A stretch of DNA of 64,000 bases from an uncultured Rivularia sp. (GTDB lineage Bacteria; Cyanobacteriota; Cyanobacteriia; Cyanobacteriales; Nostocaceae): positions 7,360,001 to 7,424,000 of the forward strand of contig OY762007.1 in NCBI GenBank assembly GCA_963665115.1, written 5' to 3'. Each line of letters begins with the position of its first letter. Position 1 is the first letter of the stretch. Made by a program: the position numbers and the translations under genes. Below are positions 33,734-44,431 of this stretch, piece after piece. A model generated the notes under the pieces. It was not told where the DNA came from and did not search any database. It worked only from the letters and a program-made list of their open reading frames with translations.

Positions 33734-33865
33734 TTTGGGGATTGGGCATTGGGGATGGGGCATAGGGCATAGATTGAATAATTTATTCTTTCAACTGTCC
33801 CTTTTTCCCTTTAACACTTTATATGGTTCGGATAATTGCGCCTATCAATTTATGTGAGATTGTTT

Positions 33866-34089
33866 GTAGTGCGAGCATCTTGCTCGCTCGATATTAACAA
33901 CCATCTTGCTCGCTCGATATTAACAACCATCTTGCTCGCTCGATATTAACAACCATCTTGCTTGCTCGATATTAACAACCATCTTGCTTGCTCGATATTA
34001 ACAACCATCTTGCTTGCTCGATATTAACAACCATCTTGCTTGCTCGATATTAACTAATAAGATACTAGCGAGCAAGATGCTCGCACTAC
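33866..34089. repeat. Inverted GTAG REP-like pair enclosing 7 tandem 26 bp units
   Basis: Arms gtagtgcgagcatcttgctcgct and agcgagcaagatgctcgcactac; units catcttgctYgctcgatattaacaac start at 33876, 33902, 33928, 33954, 33980, 34006 and 34032 (last one truncated). Confidence 0.95.
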
Positions 34090-34198
34090 TTACTATGTGT
34101 TTTTTCCGCAGGAATCATAATAATACCAATTGTCCTCTCAATGCCCCAATGCCCAATCCCCAATCCCCAATCCCCAATCCCCAATCCCCTATTCCCTA

Positions 34199-35383
34199 TT
34201 ACCCAAAATCGCGAATTTCTTCAACCAACCGATCGATTTCCGATTCTAAAGTGAAATAATGCACGCAGGCGCGGACGCAATCAGGATCGGCGATTGTACG
34301 GGTAAATATTGCTTTTGATTCTAAATATTTGACTAATTCTATGCTGGTTTTAGATTGACTGCTTTCTAGTTGAAAGGAGACTAAACCGGATTCGGGGGGA
34401 GAATTTTTCAAGCATTTTATCCCTGGCACTGCCATCAATTTCTGCCACAGGTACTCGCTATTACGACAAATTTGTTCGTAACGCTTTTGCGGTGTTCCCC
34501 ATTTCTGATGCACTGAAATTGCCTCGGTTAAAGCAATATAAAAGGGATAAGCGGAAGTTGCGATTTCATATCTTTCTCCACTTTCCTGCCATTTTACTGG
34601 TTGAGCTTGACTATCAATGACTACGCTACGCCAACCTACAAAGGTAGGGTAAAGACTTTCTCTTGCTTGGGGACGCACGTACAAACCGCCTACACCGGGA
34701 GGACCGCACAACCATTTATGACCTGTAAAAGCGTAAAAATCCACTCCTGATTCGGTAAGATTTAACGGTAATAATCCTACCGATTGTGCTGCGTCTACCA
34801 TTAACTTTGTATTATTGCTTCTACAGGCTTGTGCTATTTTTTCCAAAGGTAAAACCTGTCCTGTATTCCACAGTACGTGACTTAACACTACCATACGGGT
34901 ACTTGGTCGCAAATGCTGAGCAATAATTGCTACCGGGTTGCCATCATTTAAAGTTGCCATTATTGGACAGGTGCTAACTTCTACGGAAAACCTGCGTGCT
35001 ATTTCCTGGGCTGTGGCAATAATTCCTGGATGTTCGCAGTCCGTAAGCAGTATATGGTCGCCTGCTTTCCACTCGATGCCCCACATGGCTATATTACAAC
35101 CGACTGTTACATCTTCGGTAAGAGTGATGGTTTCTGATGGTACATTTAACTCAGTTGCAATTGCTACTCTTGTGGCTTTAGTTTGTTGAATTAGCCAAGT
35201 GTTAATTTCATTACCAAAAGGACCTATTCTCTGAATATCATTTTGGGCTTGAATTACAGCATTCATAGCCGAAGAAGGCATTGGACCTTGACCTCCAAAA
35301 TTAAAATAAGCTTTATTAGCTAAAGCTGGAAATTGTTGTCGGTACTGATGCAAATCGGTTTGTGTAGCAGATATACTCGTCAT
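34199..35383 (-). CDS. Class V PLP aminotransferase (cysteine/cystine lyase-like)
   Basis: YFNFGGQGP, DAAQSVG, TGHKWLCGP, RACVHYFT; probable start MTSISA. Confidence 0.9.
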   Translation of the reverse strand: MTSISATQTDLHQYRQQFPALANKAYFNFGGQGPMPSSAMNAVIQAQNDIQRIGPFGNEINTWLIQQTKATRVAIATELNVPSETITLTEDVTVGCNIAMWGIEWKAGDHILLTDCEHPGIIATAQEIARRFSVEVSTCPIMATLNDGNPVAIIAQHLRPSTRMVVLSHVLWNTGQVLPLEKIAQACRSNNTKLMVDAAQSVGLLPLNLTESGVDFYAFTGHKWLCGPPGVGGLYVRPQARESLYPTFVGWRSVVIDSQAQPVKWQESGERYEIATSAYPFYIALTEAISVHQKWGTPQKRYEQICRNSEYLWQKLMAVPGIKCLKNSPPESGLVSFQLESSQSKTSIELVKYLESKAIFTRTIADPDCVRACVHYFTLESEIDRLVEEIRDFG

Positions 35384-35810
35384 ATAAATTTTGGATTTTG
35401 GATTTTGGATTTTGCACAAAGTTTAGAGGAAGAACATCTTTCTCCCAACACATCTTCGACAAATTTTAGACGTGAGATTTGAAGAACAAGATTAAGTATA
35501 TGGATAATGGTGCAGAAAAGGCATTTACCATATATAGATTTACTTTTAACAGAACGTATTTGGGATTAGAAAACAACTTAAAAGTTAGGATTTTTTGACT
35601 TTGTAAAGCTTGATAAAATAGCTGTATTACTGGTTTTATAGATATTCAACTTTTAAATATTCCCGTGCATATTCATATCCTCTAATACATATGCTTCTAT
35701 CAACAAATAAATTTTTGGAAGCAGTGTTGAAAGCCATGTTTTTTATACAACGTCAAGTTTAGTTACCTTTATTACTACCAGACTGCGCTAATTATTGTTA
35801 ATTTAAAAGA

Positions 35811-37380
35811 ATGTTAATTAATGCCGAACTACTGCTGCAATATCAAAAATGTAAACGCCGACCTTTTTTGAATGTTCGCGGTGATAAAACTCAGCAAGAT
35901 GCGCCTAACGACTTGTTGTTGAAGCTGTATCAGGATAAATACGTTCATAAGAAAAAGATTTTAGAAAAGCTTGATTATCAGCGTCCCGAAGTTTCTCAAG
36001 GGAGAATCCCAAGCTGGGGAAGCGGCAACTTTAGAATTGATGCAGCAGGGAGTTGACTGCATTTACAGAGGGTTAATCGTAACAGGTTACGAGGACAATC
36101 ATACTTTGTTAGCTCGTCCGGATTTGCTTATCAAACAACAAGGAAATTCAAGATTCGGAGACTGGATGTATGTTCCTGCCAGGGTTGAGCTAGGTAAGCG
36201 TCCCAAACAAGAATACCAAGTTATCGCTGCATTTTATGCTTTTGTTTTAGCAGCAGTGCAGCAAGTTGAACCGGAATCTGCTTGGTTAATGCTGCGGGGA
36301 AAAGAAACTAAATATAACGTCGATTTAATCAAATGGATTCCTCGGATGCTAGAAATTTTAGATGAATGCGTCCAAACATTGCACTCACCAACAGCACCCG
36401 AAGTATTTATTTCGCGTCAAAAGTGCAGTCTCTGTAATTGGTACAGCAGCTGTCATCAAACCGCATCCGAACAAAAACATCTTTCGCTGGTACCGGGAGT
36501 AACCCCAGGACGTTACAATCAATTAAAAATTATTGATATTACGACTTTAGAATCACTTGCTCAAACCTTACCGTCAGAATTAGAAGATTTACCCGGTTTT
36601 GGTCTTGAAGTAGCGATTAATCTTGTTTTACAGGCAAAATCTTTACTGAAAAATAGCCCGCTGATCTTACCCGAAGCTCTAATTGAACCAACAATTAATG
36701 AAGAGTTGTTCTCACATCGAGAATCTTTGCTGACTTTACCACAAACAAGCGACAAAGCAATAATAGAATATCCAACAACTGTAGAAGTCGATCCCGTAGT
36801 ATATGAAACAATTACTTATACAGCCCCTATAGAACTCTACTTTGACATCGAAGCCCAGCCAGACTTGAATTTAAATTATTTGTTAGGGGTTTTAGTTGTT
36901 GACAGAGAAAACGACACCGAGCAATTTTATTCTTTTTTGGCAGAAAAACCATCGGAAGAAGAATTAATTTGGCAGCAATTTCTAGAATTAGTTTGGCAAT
37001 ACCCCGACGCACCAATTTATCACTTTTGCGTTTATGAGTTCGATACAGTTCAACGGCTAGCAAAACTTTACCGTACCCCCTCCAAAAGAGTATTACCAGT
37101 CTTAGATAGATTCGTAGATATTTACGAACAACTTACTCAGACATTAGTACTACCATTAGAAAGTTACGCTTTAAAATCAATTGCTAAGTGGTTGGGATTT
37201 GAATGGCGTGATAAAGAAGCCAGTGGTGCTAAATGTATTTACTGGTATGACAAATGGTTGAAAAAGGGCGATCGCACTCTATTAGAAATCATCAAACGTT
37301 ACAACGAAGATGACTGTCGCGCTACCCACAGCCTAAAAGACTGGCTCGTCAACTTTTTTGAAAGTCAATATGATGAATAG
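35811..37380 (+). CDS. TM0106-family RecB-like putative nuclease; apparent +1 frameshift at about 35985-36002
   Basis: RPDLL nuclease motif, CSLCNWYSSC, YFDIE, YALKSIA and YNEDDCRAT RNase H-like C-terminus; the N-terminal ORF 35811-36056 joins after removing one base. Confidence 0.88.
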
Positions 37381-37403
37381 TGAGCAGTAGGAGTTAGGAG
37401 TTG

Positions 37404-37506
37404 TAAGCTGTTGCATATTCAATTTGTATATGAGAAGCGGGCAAGATGCCCGCACTACAATCGTTCAAATTCTTTACCTTATACAATTTAGCTGCACGTC
37501 AGCTTA
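37404..37506. mobile_element. MITE-like dispersed repeat with a nested REP palindrome
   Basis: Ends taagctg...cagctta; inner arms ttgtata/tatacaa; contains gcgggcaagatgcccgcactac. Confidence 0.6.
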
Positions 37507-37652
37507 ATAGGTAATGGCTAAATATCTTAAATAAATAACGATTGATCTTTTTACCTCTCCTTGTCTCCTTGTCACCCCCTCTCCCCATCCCCCATCCCTC
37601 CGCTCCTGTGATATCGTATTTGTGGCTTTTCACAGATAATAAATAATCTGCC

Positions 37653-38828
37653 GTGCGAATTAAAAAACTATTGAAATTACCGTTAATTATTGTATTTTTT
37701 CTGACGATTACAGTTGTCACGCTTATTTTCACAAATTTTACCCCTACTACTGTAGAGGTAACGGCTATCGATTTTATCGGGGAAGTAACTTTACCTACGG
37801 GTACCGATTTTGAAAATACCGAATTAGGAGGGTTGTCGGGAATCACTTATGATGCTCGTCGCCAGGTTTATTATGCTATCTCCGACGATCGCTCTGCGAA
37901 ATCACCAGCTAGATTCTACACTTTTAAGATTAATCTCAATGGCAATTCTTTTCAGAAAAGCGATATTGAGCCTGTTGCGGTAATAACTTTAAAAGATAAA
38001 AATGGCAAAACTTTTCTTAATGGAACTATAGATCCAGAAGGAATTGCACTAAGTAATGCATCTATATTCGTTTCATCTGAAGGTGATGCAGATAAAGGAA
38101 TTAATCCATTTATTAAAGAGTTTTCACTGGATTCTGGACAAGAAATTTCCAGTTTACCTATACCTAATAAATTTTTACCATCTCCAGATAAAAAACAAGG
38201 TATTCGTAATAACTTAGCTTTTGAAAGTTTGACTATCACACCCGATCAAAAGTATTTATTTTCAGCTACCGAAAATGCATTGATTCAAGATGGAGATAAA
38301 GCTAAACCTAACCAGAGCAGTATGTCTAGAATTTTGAAATATAACTTACTTACTCAAAAGTTAGAAAAAGAATTTCTCTATCCTACCAAACTAGTAAAAC
38401 CTTTTTTTAGACTTACTGGTAGATTTTCTAGCGGTTTAACCGATTTGATCGCATTGGACAATCAAGGACATTTTTTAAGTATAGAAAGAACTTTTACAGG
38501 TTTTGGTTTTGTCAATTCATTATTCAAAGTTTATTTATCAGGTGCTTCCGATATTAAGAATATTGAAAGTCTTAAACAAGTAGATACCCAAACAATCAAA
38601 CCAGTTAAAAAAGAATTGCTATTAAGCTTAGGAAAATTAGATGTTGCCTTAGATAACACCGAAGGCTTAACCATTGGTGCAACTCTACCAAACGGACAAC
38701 CATCATTAATTTTAGTCAGCGACAATAACTTTAATAACCTGCAACGGACTCAGTTTTTAGCATTCCAACTCAAGATAGAATCACGTCTTGAAAGATTCCT
38801 ACGTTTAATCCGCGAACGTTTTTCGTGA
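37653..38828 (+). CDS. Esterase-like activity of phytase family protein
   Basis: GGLSGITYD, ISDDR, DPEGI, SSEG, NLAFESLT, DNTEG, VSDNNF. Confidence 0.9.
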   Translation: MRIKKLLKLPLIIVFFLTITVVTLIFTNFTPTTVEVTAIDFIGEVTLPTGTDFENTELGGLSGITYDARRQVYYAISDDRSAKSPARFYTFKINLNGNSFQKSDIEPVAVITLKDKNGKTFLNGTIDPEGIALSNASIFVSSEGDADKGINPFIKEFSLDSGQEISSLPIPNKFLPSPDKKQGIRNNLAFESLTITPDQKYLFSATENALIQDGDKAKPNQSSMSRILKYNLLTQKLEKEFLYPTKLVKPFFRLTGRFSSGLTDLIALDNQGHFLSIERTFTGFGFVNSLFKVYLSGASDIKNIESLKQVDTQTIKPVKKELLLSLGKLDVALDNTEGLTIGATLPNGQPSLILVSDNNFNNLQRTQFLAFQLKIESRLERFLRLIRERFS

Positions 38829-38956
38829 ATACAAATTTTAAAAGGTAATCAAGGTTTGTAGTAAGGGCTTTAGCCCATCCGAATTCCGCAATATGAAAAT
38901 AAAGCGCTACCACGAACCTTTTCCCCCTCACAACTTACCGGGTAAATTACTTGAAA

Positions 38957-39073
38957 TGGGAGCGTCTCGCTCCCTAATAGTACTTCAACATATTAATATT
39001 GCTGGTTAACACATTCATAGTGGGAGCGTCTCGCTCCCTCGTTGCAACCAGCGAGCTTTCCGGCTCGCACTAC
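38957..39073. repeat. Cluster of REP-like palindromes
   Basis: gggagcgtctcgctccc twice plus gcgagctttccggctcgcactac; same family at 23545-23567. Confidence 0.8.
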
Positions 39074-39569
39074 CTACCCGATACCTTTTAAAAATCATGT
39101 GGCGAACTTTCACTGTAATTATAAATACTTAGCATTACCCCGTACTTAAACTGGGCTTAAACTGCGTATATTTCCCTTAATATCTAAAGAATAGGTGCCT
39201 GAAGCCATAAAATAATTTTAAATAGCTAAAAGATTCGACATACATCAAAAAGCCTTAATCCACAAAGCTTTCGGGCTTTATAAAATAATTTATCGTCTTA
39301 GTTATCGCAGTGTATTCACTGAGAGTGTTTCTTCAACTCCACGGAGTACTCGTAGGCGTTTCAGTAAAATTTCTCATAGGCTTTGCTTATTGCCTGTGTT
39401 ACATAATATTTAGTGCGTTTCCTAGTAATCTCGGTATATTCTATCGAAACTTTATATATTCCTAAAGGAAAGCTAAATTTCTGTAAAAATATGATTTAAA
39501 TTTTCAGTAATACTTAGTAAACCTCCTGTTCCCTTTCTAGAACTTGAAAATTGATTAATTCATTGATTT

Positions 39570-41177
39570 ATGTTGCAACAAGAAATTCATAAGATGTTTA
39601 CTCAAAAACATAAAACAGAATTAGATCCTTATATTGGTAAATTTGTAAATCACCGTTACCTAATCAGGGATTTAATTGGTAAAGGGGGAGGAGGTAAAGT
39701 ATATTTAGCAGAAGACTGTACCAATGGCGGAATGCCAGTAGCGGTAAAGATTCTGTCTTTGAAATTGGATAATAAAACTATATCTCAACGCTTTGCTAGA
39801 GAAATTTTTATTGGCACGCAATTAGGACGTAAAAGCCAACATATTGTACGAGTATTAGGCTACGGTATTACTGATGATAAAACTCCATTTTACGTAATGG
39901 AATATCTTCAAGGTCAAAATTTATTAGAAGTAATTAATAATCAGCCTTTATCTTTAGAGCAATTTTTCGATATTTCCTATCAAATTTGTTTGGGCTTGCA
40001 ATGCGCCCACAGAGGTATCAGCATTAAAGGAGAAACTTGCCCAGTTATTCACCGCGATATAAAGCCAGAAAATATATTTATAATTGAAGACGGAAAAAAA
40101 GGTAAAATAGTCAAGATATTAGACTTTGGTATTGCCAAATTTTTAAAAGAAAGGGCGGGAGCAACACTTTCTCAATCTTTTATGAGCAGTCTACCTTATT
40201 GTTCTCCAGAACATATGGAAGGACGTAAGCTATTAGATATACGCTCGGATATTTACAGCTTGGGAATTCTCATGTATCAGATGCTGTATGGAAAGCATCC
40301 CTTTCAGCTTAAAAGTTACTCCTTTGGTGAATGGTATCAAGCTCATCGTTTTGAAACACCAGCTTTATTAAATGAGGTAATTCCAGAAGCTAAAATTCCT
40401 CTTGATTTGGAAAAACTTATAATAGCTTGTTTAGCCAAAGAAGCAAATAATCGACCTCAAAATATTACAGAAATATTAGACAAATTAGAATTAGTTCAGC
40501 GTCAATCTAATAAATATCCAGAAAAAGACGATAAATTTGTCGCAAATACGTCTGAGGTAGATTTAACTCCATCAACATTAATATCCAAACATATTTGCCT
40601 ACAAAAAACTTGGCCAGTTGGTAAACCGATAGCACCGATTGTTTTTCCTCACCTACTCTACACGGTACAAGCCAAAATCCCTACTTTTTGGGCAATGTTA
40701 CCTGCTTCAGAAATATCCAAGTTTTTAGAGCAAAAAAATACTACAGAATTTATTCAAAAAATCAATGTTTACCCAATGATTATGTGGGTAACGGTTTTGC
40801 ACGATCAGAATTCCTCTTTAACACGTTGGCTTTCTTGCTTCTTAGATATAAAAGACAAAGGAGGAGAAAGAATGATTAGGCAGCTAGCAGAAAAAGGCTA
40901 CTATCATTTACTCTTTTTTGCATTAGAAGAACCAAGAAAATGCGCTCATGTAACAACGATCGCGATTACACCACATCAGCGCGAACAATTGTTCAATTGG
41001 TTGGAAGCATCTCAAAATTCCAAAACTTTTATTTCACCGAATCAAAGCAAAACTATTCTAAAAGCCCAATACGAAAAAATTAAACCTAAAATCCTGCACA
41101 AGTTAGTACAAAATCAATACAAAAAACCAGATATGAAGGCTTGGATATCTAAGTTATTCCACAAGCTGTTTAAATAA
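39570..41177 (+). CDS. Ser/Thr protein kinase
   Basis: GKGGGGKVY, VAVK, HRDIKPEN, DFG, SDIYSLG. Confidence 0.93.
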   Translation: MLQQEIHKMFTQKHKTELDPYIGKFVNHRYLIRDLIGKGGGGKVYLAEDCTNGGMPVAVKILSLKLDNKTISQRFAREIFIGTQLGRKSQHIVRVLGYGITDDKTPFYVMEYLQGQNLLEVINNQPLSLEQFFDISYQICLGLQCAHRGISIKGETCPVIHRDIKPENIFIIEDGKKGKIVKILDFGIAKFLKERAGATLSQSFMSSLPYCSPEHMEGRKLLDIRSDIYSLGILMYQMLYGKHPFQLKSYSFGEWYQAHRFETPALLNEVIPEAKIPLDLEKLIIACLAKEANNRPQNITEILDKLELVQRQSNKYPEKDDKFVANTSEVDLTPSTLISKHICLQKTWPVGKPIAPIVFPHLLYTVQAKIPTFWAMLPASEISKFLEQKNTTEFIQKINVYPMIMWVTVLHDQNSSLTRWLSCFLDIKDKGGERMIRQLAEKGYYHLLFFALEEPRKCAHVTTIAITPHQREQLFNWLEASQNSKTFISPNQSKTILKAQYEKIKPKILHKLVQNQYKKPDMKAWISKLFHKLFK

Positions 41178-41294
41178 TTTGGGCATTGGGCATTGGGCAT
41201 TGAGAATAGTTAGGAATTAGGAGTTATTAAGTATTCTTCTCCTCCCTATCTCCCCATCTCCCGCATCTCTCCCAAAATTAATCAAAATTCCCCC

Positions 41295-41323
41295 TTGACA
41301 AATTAGAGTAAAAGAGACATACT
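41295..41323 (+). promoter_or_regulatory. Sigma-70 promoter of tRNA-Asp
   Basis: TTGACA-17 nt-CATACT about 20 nt upstream of the tRNA. Confidence 0.75.
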
Positions 41324-41343
41324 TACTAAAGTCGCAAATACAT

Positions 41344-41417
41344 GGGACCGTAGTTCAACTGGTTAGAGCACCGCCCTGTCACGGCGGAAGTTGCGGGTTC
41401 GAATCCCGTCGGTCCCG
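41344..41417 (+). tRNA. trnD: tRNA-Asp(GTC)
   Basis: GGGACCG/CGGTCCC acceptor stem, CCGCC-CTGTCAC-GGCGG anticodon arm, GGTTCGAATCC T-arm; CCA not encoded. Confidence 0.97.
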
Positions 41418-41684
41418 TTCTCATGTTAAATATTTTTATTTGGTAAGCCGTTAGAAGCATAATGAAAATGCTTTTTTGGTCATTTAAGCGGTAAAGCTAA
41501 ATAGCGCTAAGTTAACCTTTATCATTTTCTAAGATGGTGGAGGTTTGAATTTGTTTGTCTATTGCAATTGTTAATTAGATAAATCAAAATCTAAAATCTT
41601 GCCACTTGGAAAATCGAGTAAGTCTCAACGGACAGTTTTCTCGAAATTGCTTGTGGTTCTAACATCTCAAATATTACGAAATAT

Positions 41685-43127
41685 ATGACTTTCAGAGTGC
41701 GTATTGCTCCTAGTCCAACTGGGAATTTACATATTGGTACGGCGAGAACTGCTGTATTTAACTGGTTGTTTGCTCATCATCATGACGGTAAATTCATTTT
41801 ACGAATCGAAGATACCGATACCGAACGTTCGCGCCCCGAATATACGGATAGTATTCTTGAAGGATTGCGTTGGTTGGGGTTGGATTGGGATGAAGGCCCA
41901 TTTTTTCAAACCGAACGCTTAGAAATGTATAAGGAAGCGGTGCAGGGTTTACTGGATAAGGGATTGGCTTATCGCTGTTACACCACTTCTGAAGAATTGG
42001 AAGCTTTACGAGTATCTCAAAAAGCTAGAAATCAAGCACCCCGCTATGATAATCGTCACCGAGACTTAACATCGGAACAAGAAGCGGAGTTAAAAGCTGA
42101 AGGACGCAGTTTTGTAATTCGCTTTAAAATTGATGACAGCCGCGAGATTAAATGGAATGATTTGGTGCGGGGAGAGATGAGTTGGCAGGGTAGCGATTTG
42201 GGTGGTGATATGGTTATCGCTCGTGCTACTGAAGATGGTATAGGTCAACCGCTGTATAATTTTGCCGTGGTGGTGGATGACATGGATATGCAAATTAGCC
42301 ATGTGATTCGAGGAGAAGACCATATTGCTAATACTGCTAAACAAATTTTACTTTACGAAGCATTTGGTGCAAAGGTTCCAGAATTTTCTCATACTCCTTT
42401 AATTTTGAACGAGGAAGGCCGTAAACTTTCCAAACGAGATGGTGTGACCTCGATTTCTGACTTTAAGAAAATGGGTTTTACTGCGGAAGGTTTGGTCAAC
42501 TATATGACCTTGCTCGGATGGTCGGCACCGGATTCTACGCAGGAAATCTTTACCTTAGAAGAAGCTGCCAAGGAGTTTACTTTTGAGCGCGTCAATAAAG
42601 CCGGTGCAAAATTCGATTGGGCAAAATTAGATTGGGTTAACAGTCAATATATTCACAGTATGCCGGTAGATAAACTTACCGATATGCTGATACCTTTCTG
42701 GGAAGAAGCTGGGTATAACTTTTCCCAAACCAAAGAACGTGCTTGGATTGAAAAATTAGTTGCTTTAATTCAACCCGGTATATCTCGCTTGACTGAAGCT
42801 GTAGACGTTGCCAAAATATTTTCTACCGAGACAGTTGATTTTGATTCAGAAGCCCAAGAACAATTGCAAAAAGAAGGTGTTAAAAGTGCCCTTCAAGGAG
42901 TTGTGGCGGCTTTAGATAGCGAAATTAATGCCTCAAACGCCAAAGACATTATAAAACGGGTAGTTAAAGAGCAAAACGTTAAAAAAGGCTTGTTGATGCG
43001 GAGCTTACGGGCTGCTTTTACTGGAGAAATGAATGGCCCAGACATTGTAGATTCCTGGGTACTGCTGAATAATACTGGCTTAGATAAACTTCGCTTGGAA
43101 AAGGCTATTGCTGTAGCGGTTGATTAA
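41685..43127 (+). CDS. gltX: Glutamate--tRNA ligase
   Basis: [33 protein letters not shown]. Confidence 0.97.
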   Translation: MTFRVRIAPSPTGNLHIGTARTAVFNWLFAHHHDGKFILRIEDTDTERSRPEYTDSILEGLRWLGLDWDEGPFFQTERLEMYKEAVQGLLDKGLAYRCYTTSEELEALRVSQKARNQAPRYDNRHRDLTSEQEAELKAEGRSFVIRFKIDDSREIKWNDLVRGEMSWQGSDLGGDMVIARATEDGIGQPLYNFAVVVDDMDMQISHVIRGEDHIANTAKQILLYEAFGAKVPEFSHTPLILNEEGRKLSKRDGVTSISDFKKMGFTAEGLVNYMTLLGWSAPDSTQEIFTLEEAAKEFTFERVNKAGAKFDWAKLDWVNSQYIHSMPVDKLTDMLIPFWEEAGYNFSQTKERAWIEKLVALIQPGISRLTEAVDVAKIFSTETVDFDSEAQEQLQKEGVKSALQGVVAALDSEINASNAKDIIKRVVKEQNVKKGLLMRSLRAAFTGEMNGPDIVDSWVLLNNTGLDKLRLEKAIAVAVD

Positions 43128-43188
43128 ATTTCCATGAATAAAAGCATTGCGATCGGGTGAAGTAAGTCAAAAAGATTGAATAATTACT

Positions 43189-43221
43189 TTGGGGCACATT
43201 TGATGTGCCCCAATTTATTTT
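43189..43221 (+). terminator. Hairpin after gltX
   Basis: ttggggcacat-ttg-atgtgccccaa followed by a T-rich tract. Confidence 0.6.
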
Positions 43222-43467
43222 CGGAAAAGGAGATACTTCACTGTAAAAATTATTAACTTTCAAAAACTAATCTTAAAGAAAACAGCAGCGCCGATCGAAA
43301 GCGAGCGGACAGTTTTATGCTTGCCGTTTTTTGTTCATTTCTAACCCATCCGATCAGATGCTGTATGTAATTTTCATTTCCCTAAAAAATAGTAATTACT
43401 CTTAGGTAAGGGAACAATATGTGTATTTTTATTGTCATCTCAAACACTTAGAAAAAATGTAATTAAA

Positions 43468-43965
43468 ATGTCTAATAAATTGTTAAGTAGAGTAATAAAG
43501 CTATCATTTGTATTCTTATCGCTAAGTGTGGTATCCGGAATAAATACCTCTGTGAAGGCGGCTGATACTCCTCCACCAATATTTGGGGATATAACCATAA
43601 AGCGTCCTTTATCAAAAGATCCCCTAACAGTTCGCGGAATGAGCGGTGGCACTATAGAAGGAAAAAATATTTCCAATCGAAAAGATACGCCAACGGGAGC
43701 CTGTACTGGTTACATGGATAGAGAACCAGATCACACCCTGCGGTTAAAAAATAAATTTGATTACATGAAACTGGTAATAGAAAGTCCTGAAGATACCACT
43801 TTAATAATTAAAGGTCCCGGTGGTACGTGGTGTAATGACGAATTTGAAGGCAAAAACCCCGGTATTGCGGGCGAATGGCTTGAAGGTCCCTACCAAGTTT
43901 GGGTAGGTTCTTATAAAAAAGAAGAATATTTTCCCTATACTTTGAAAATTACGGAAGTTAAATGA
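43468..43965 (+). CDS. Exported hypothetical protein (PPC-like beta-sandwich)
   Basis: Signal peptide; CTGY...PDHTL, DTTLIIKGPGGTWCND, YQVWVGSY. Confidence 0.7.
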   Translation: MSNKLLSRVIKLSFVFLSLSVVSGINTSVKAADTPPPIFGDITIKRPLSKDPLTVRGMSGGTIEGKNISNRKDTPTGACTGYMDREPDHTLRLKNKFDYMKLVIESPEDTTLIIKGPGGTWCNDEFEGKNPGIAGEWLEGPYQVWVGSYKKEEYFPYTLKITEVK

Positions 43966-44431
43966 CAGTGAGCAGCGAACAGCTCTCTCTCGATTTTTTT
44001 GGGGTAAATAAAACAAAACTGTCTTTATGATTCCTCACGGCCTCTCTTGTAACATTAGAGAGGCTTTGATATTTCGGGGGATTGAAAGGCGATCGCGGTG
44101 AAAATAGCTGAAAAATTAGTTATATGAGAGGCGATCGCTTAAGAAATTTAAATTGCTTGCTGCTTGCTGGTAACTGCTCACTGCCCACTGTTCGCTGCTC
44201 ACTGTTCACTGCTCGCTGGTAACTGATATGGTAAAAAGTCTTAAAATTAAGTTACATTTAATTAAGAATAATAATAATGTTTTGGCAAATGTCGTATAGC
44301 CCGATCGGGTCAAGATGACAAGTCATACATAAACAAGAAAATTAAACTTTCTCGGGATTTATATACATCCGTTTCACATTAATCATGTTAACGGGGTGAT
44401 GCATCCCATTGGTATCTAGAGGCAAATTAAA

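Noticed and set aside
33876..34054. Possible CRISPR array
   Set aside because: The 26 bp units are contiguous with no unique spacers, and there are no cas genes.
41344..41685. tRNA-Asp as an island integration site
   Set aside because: No integrase and no duplicated tRNA 3' end seen; gltX follows directly.
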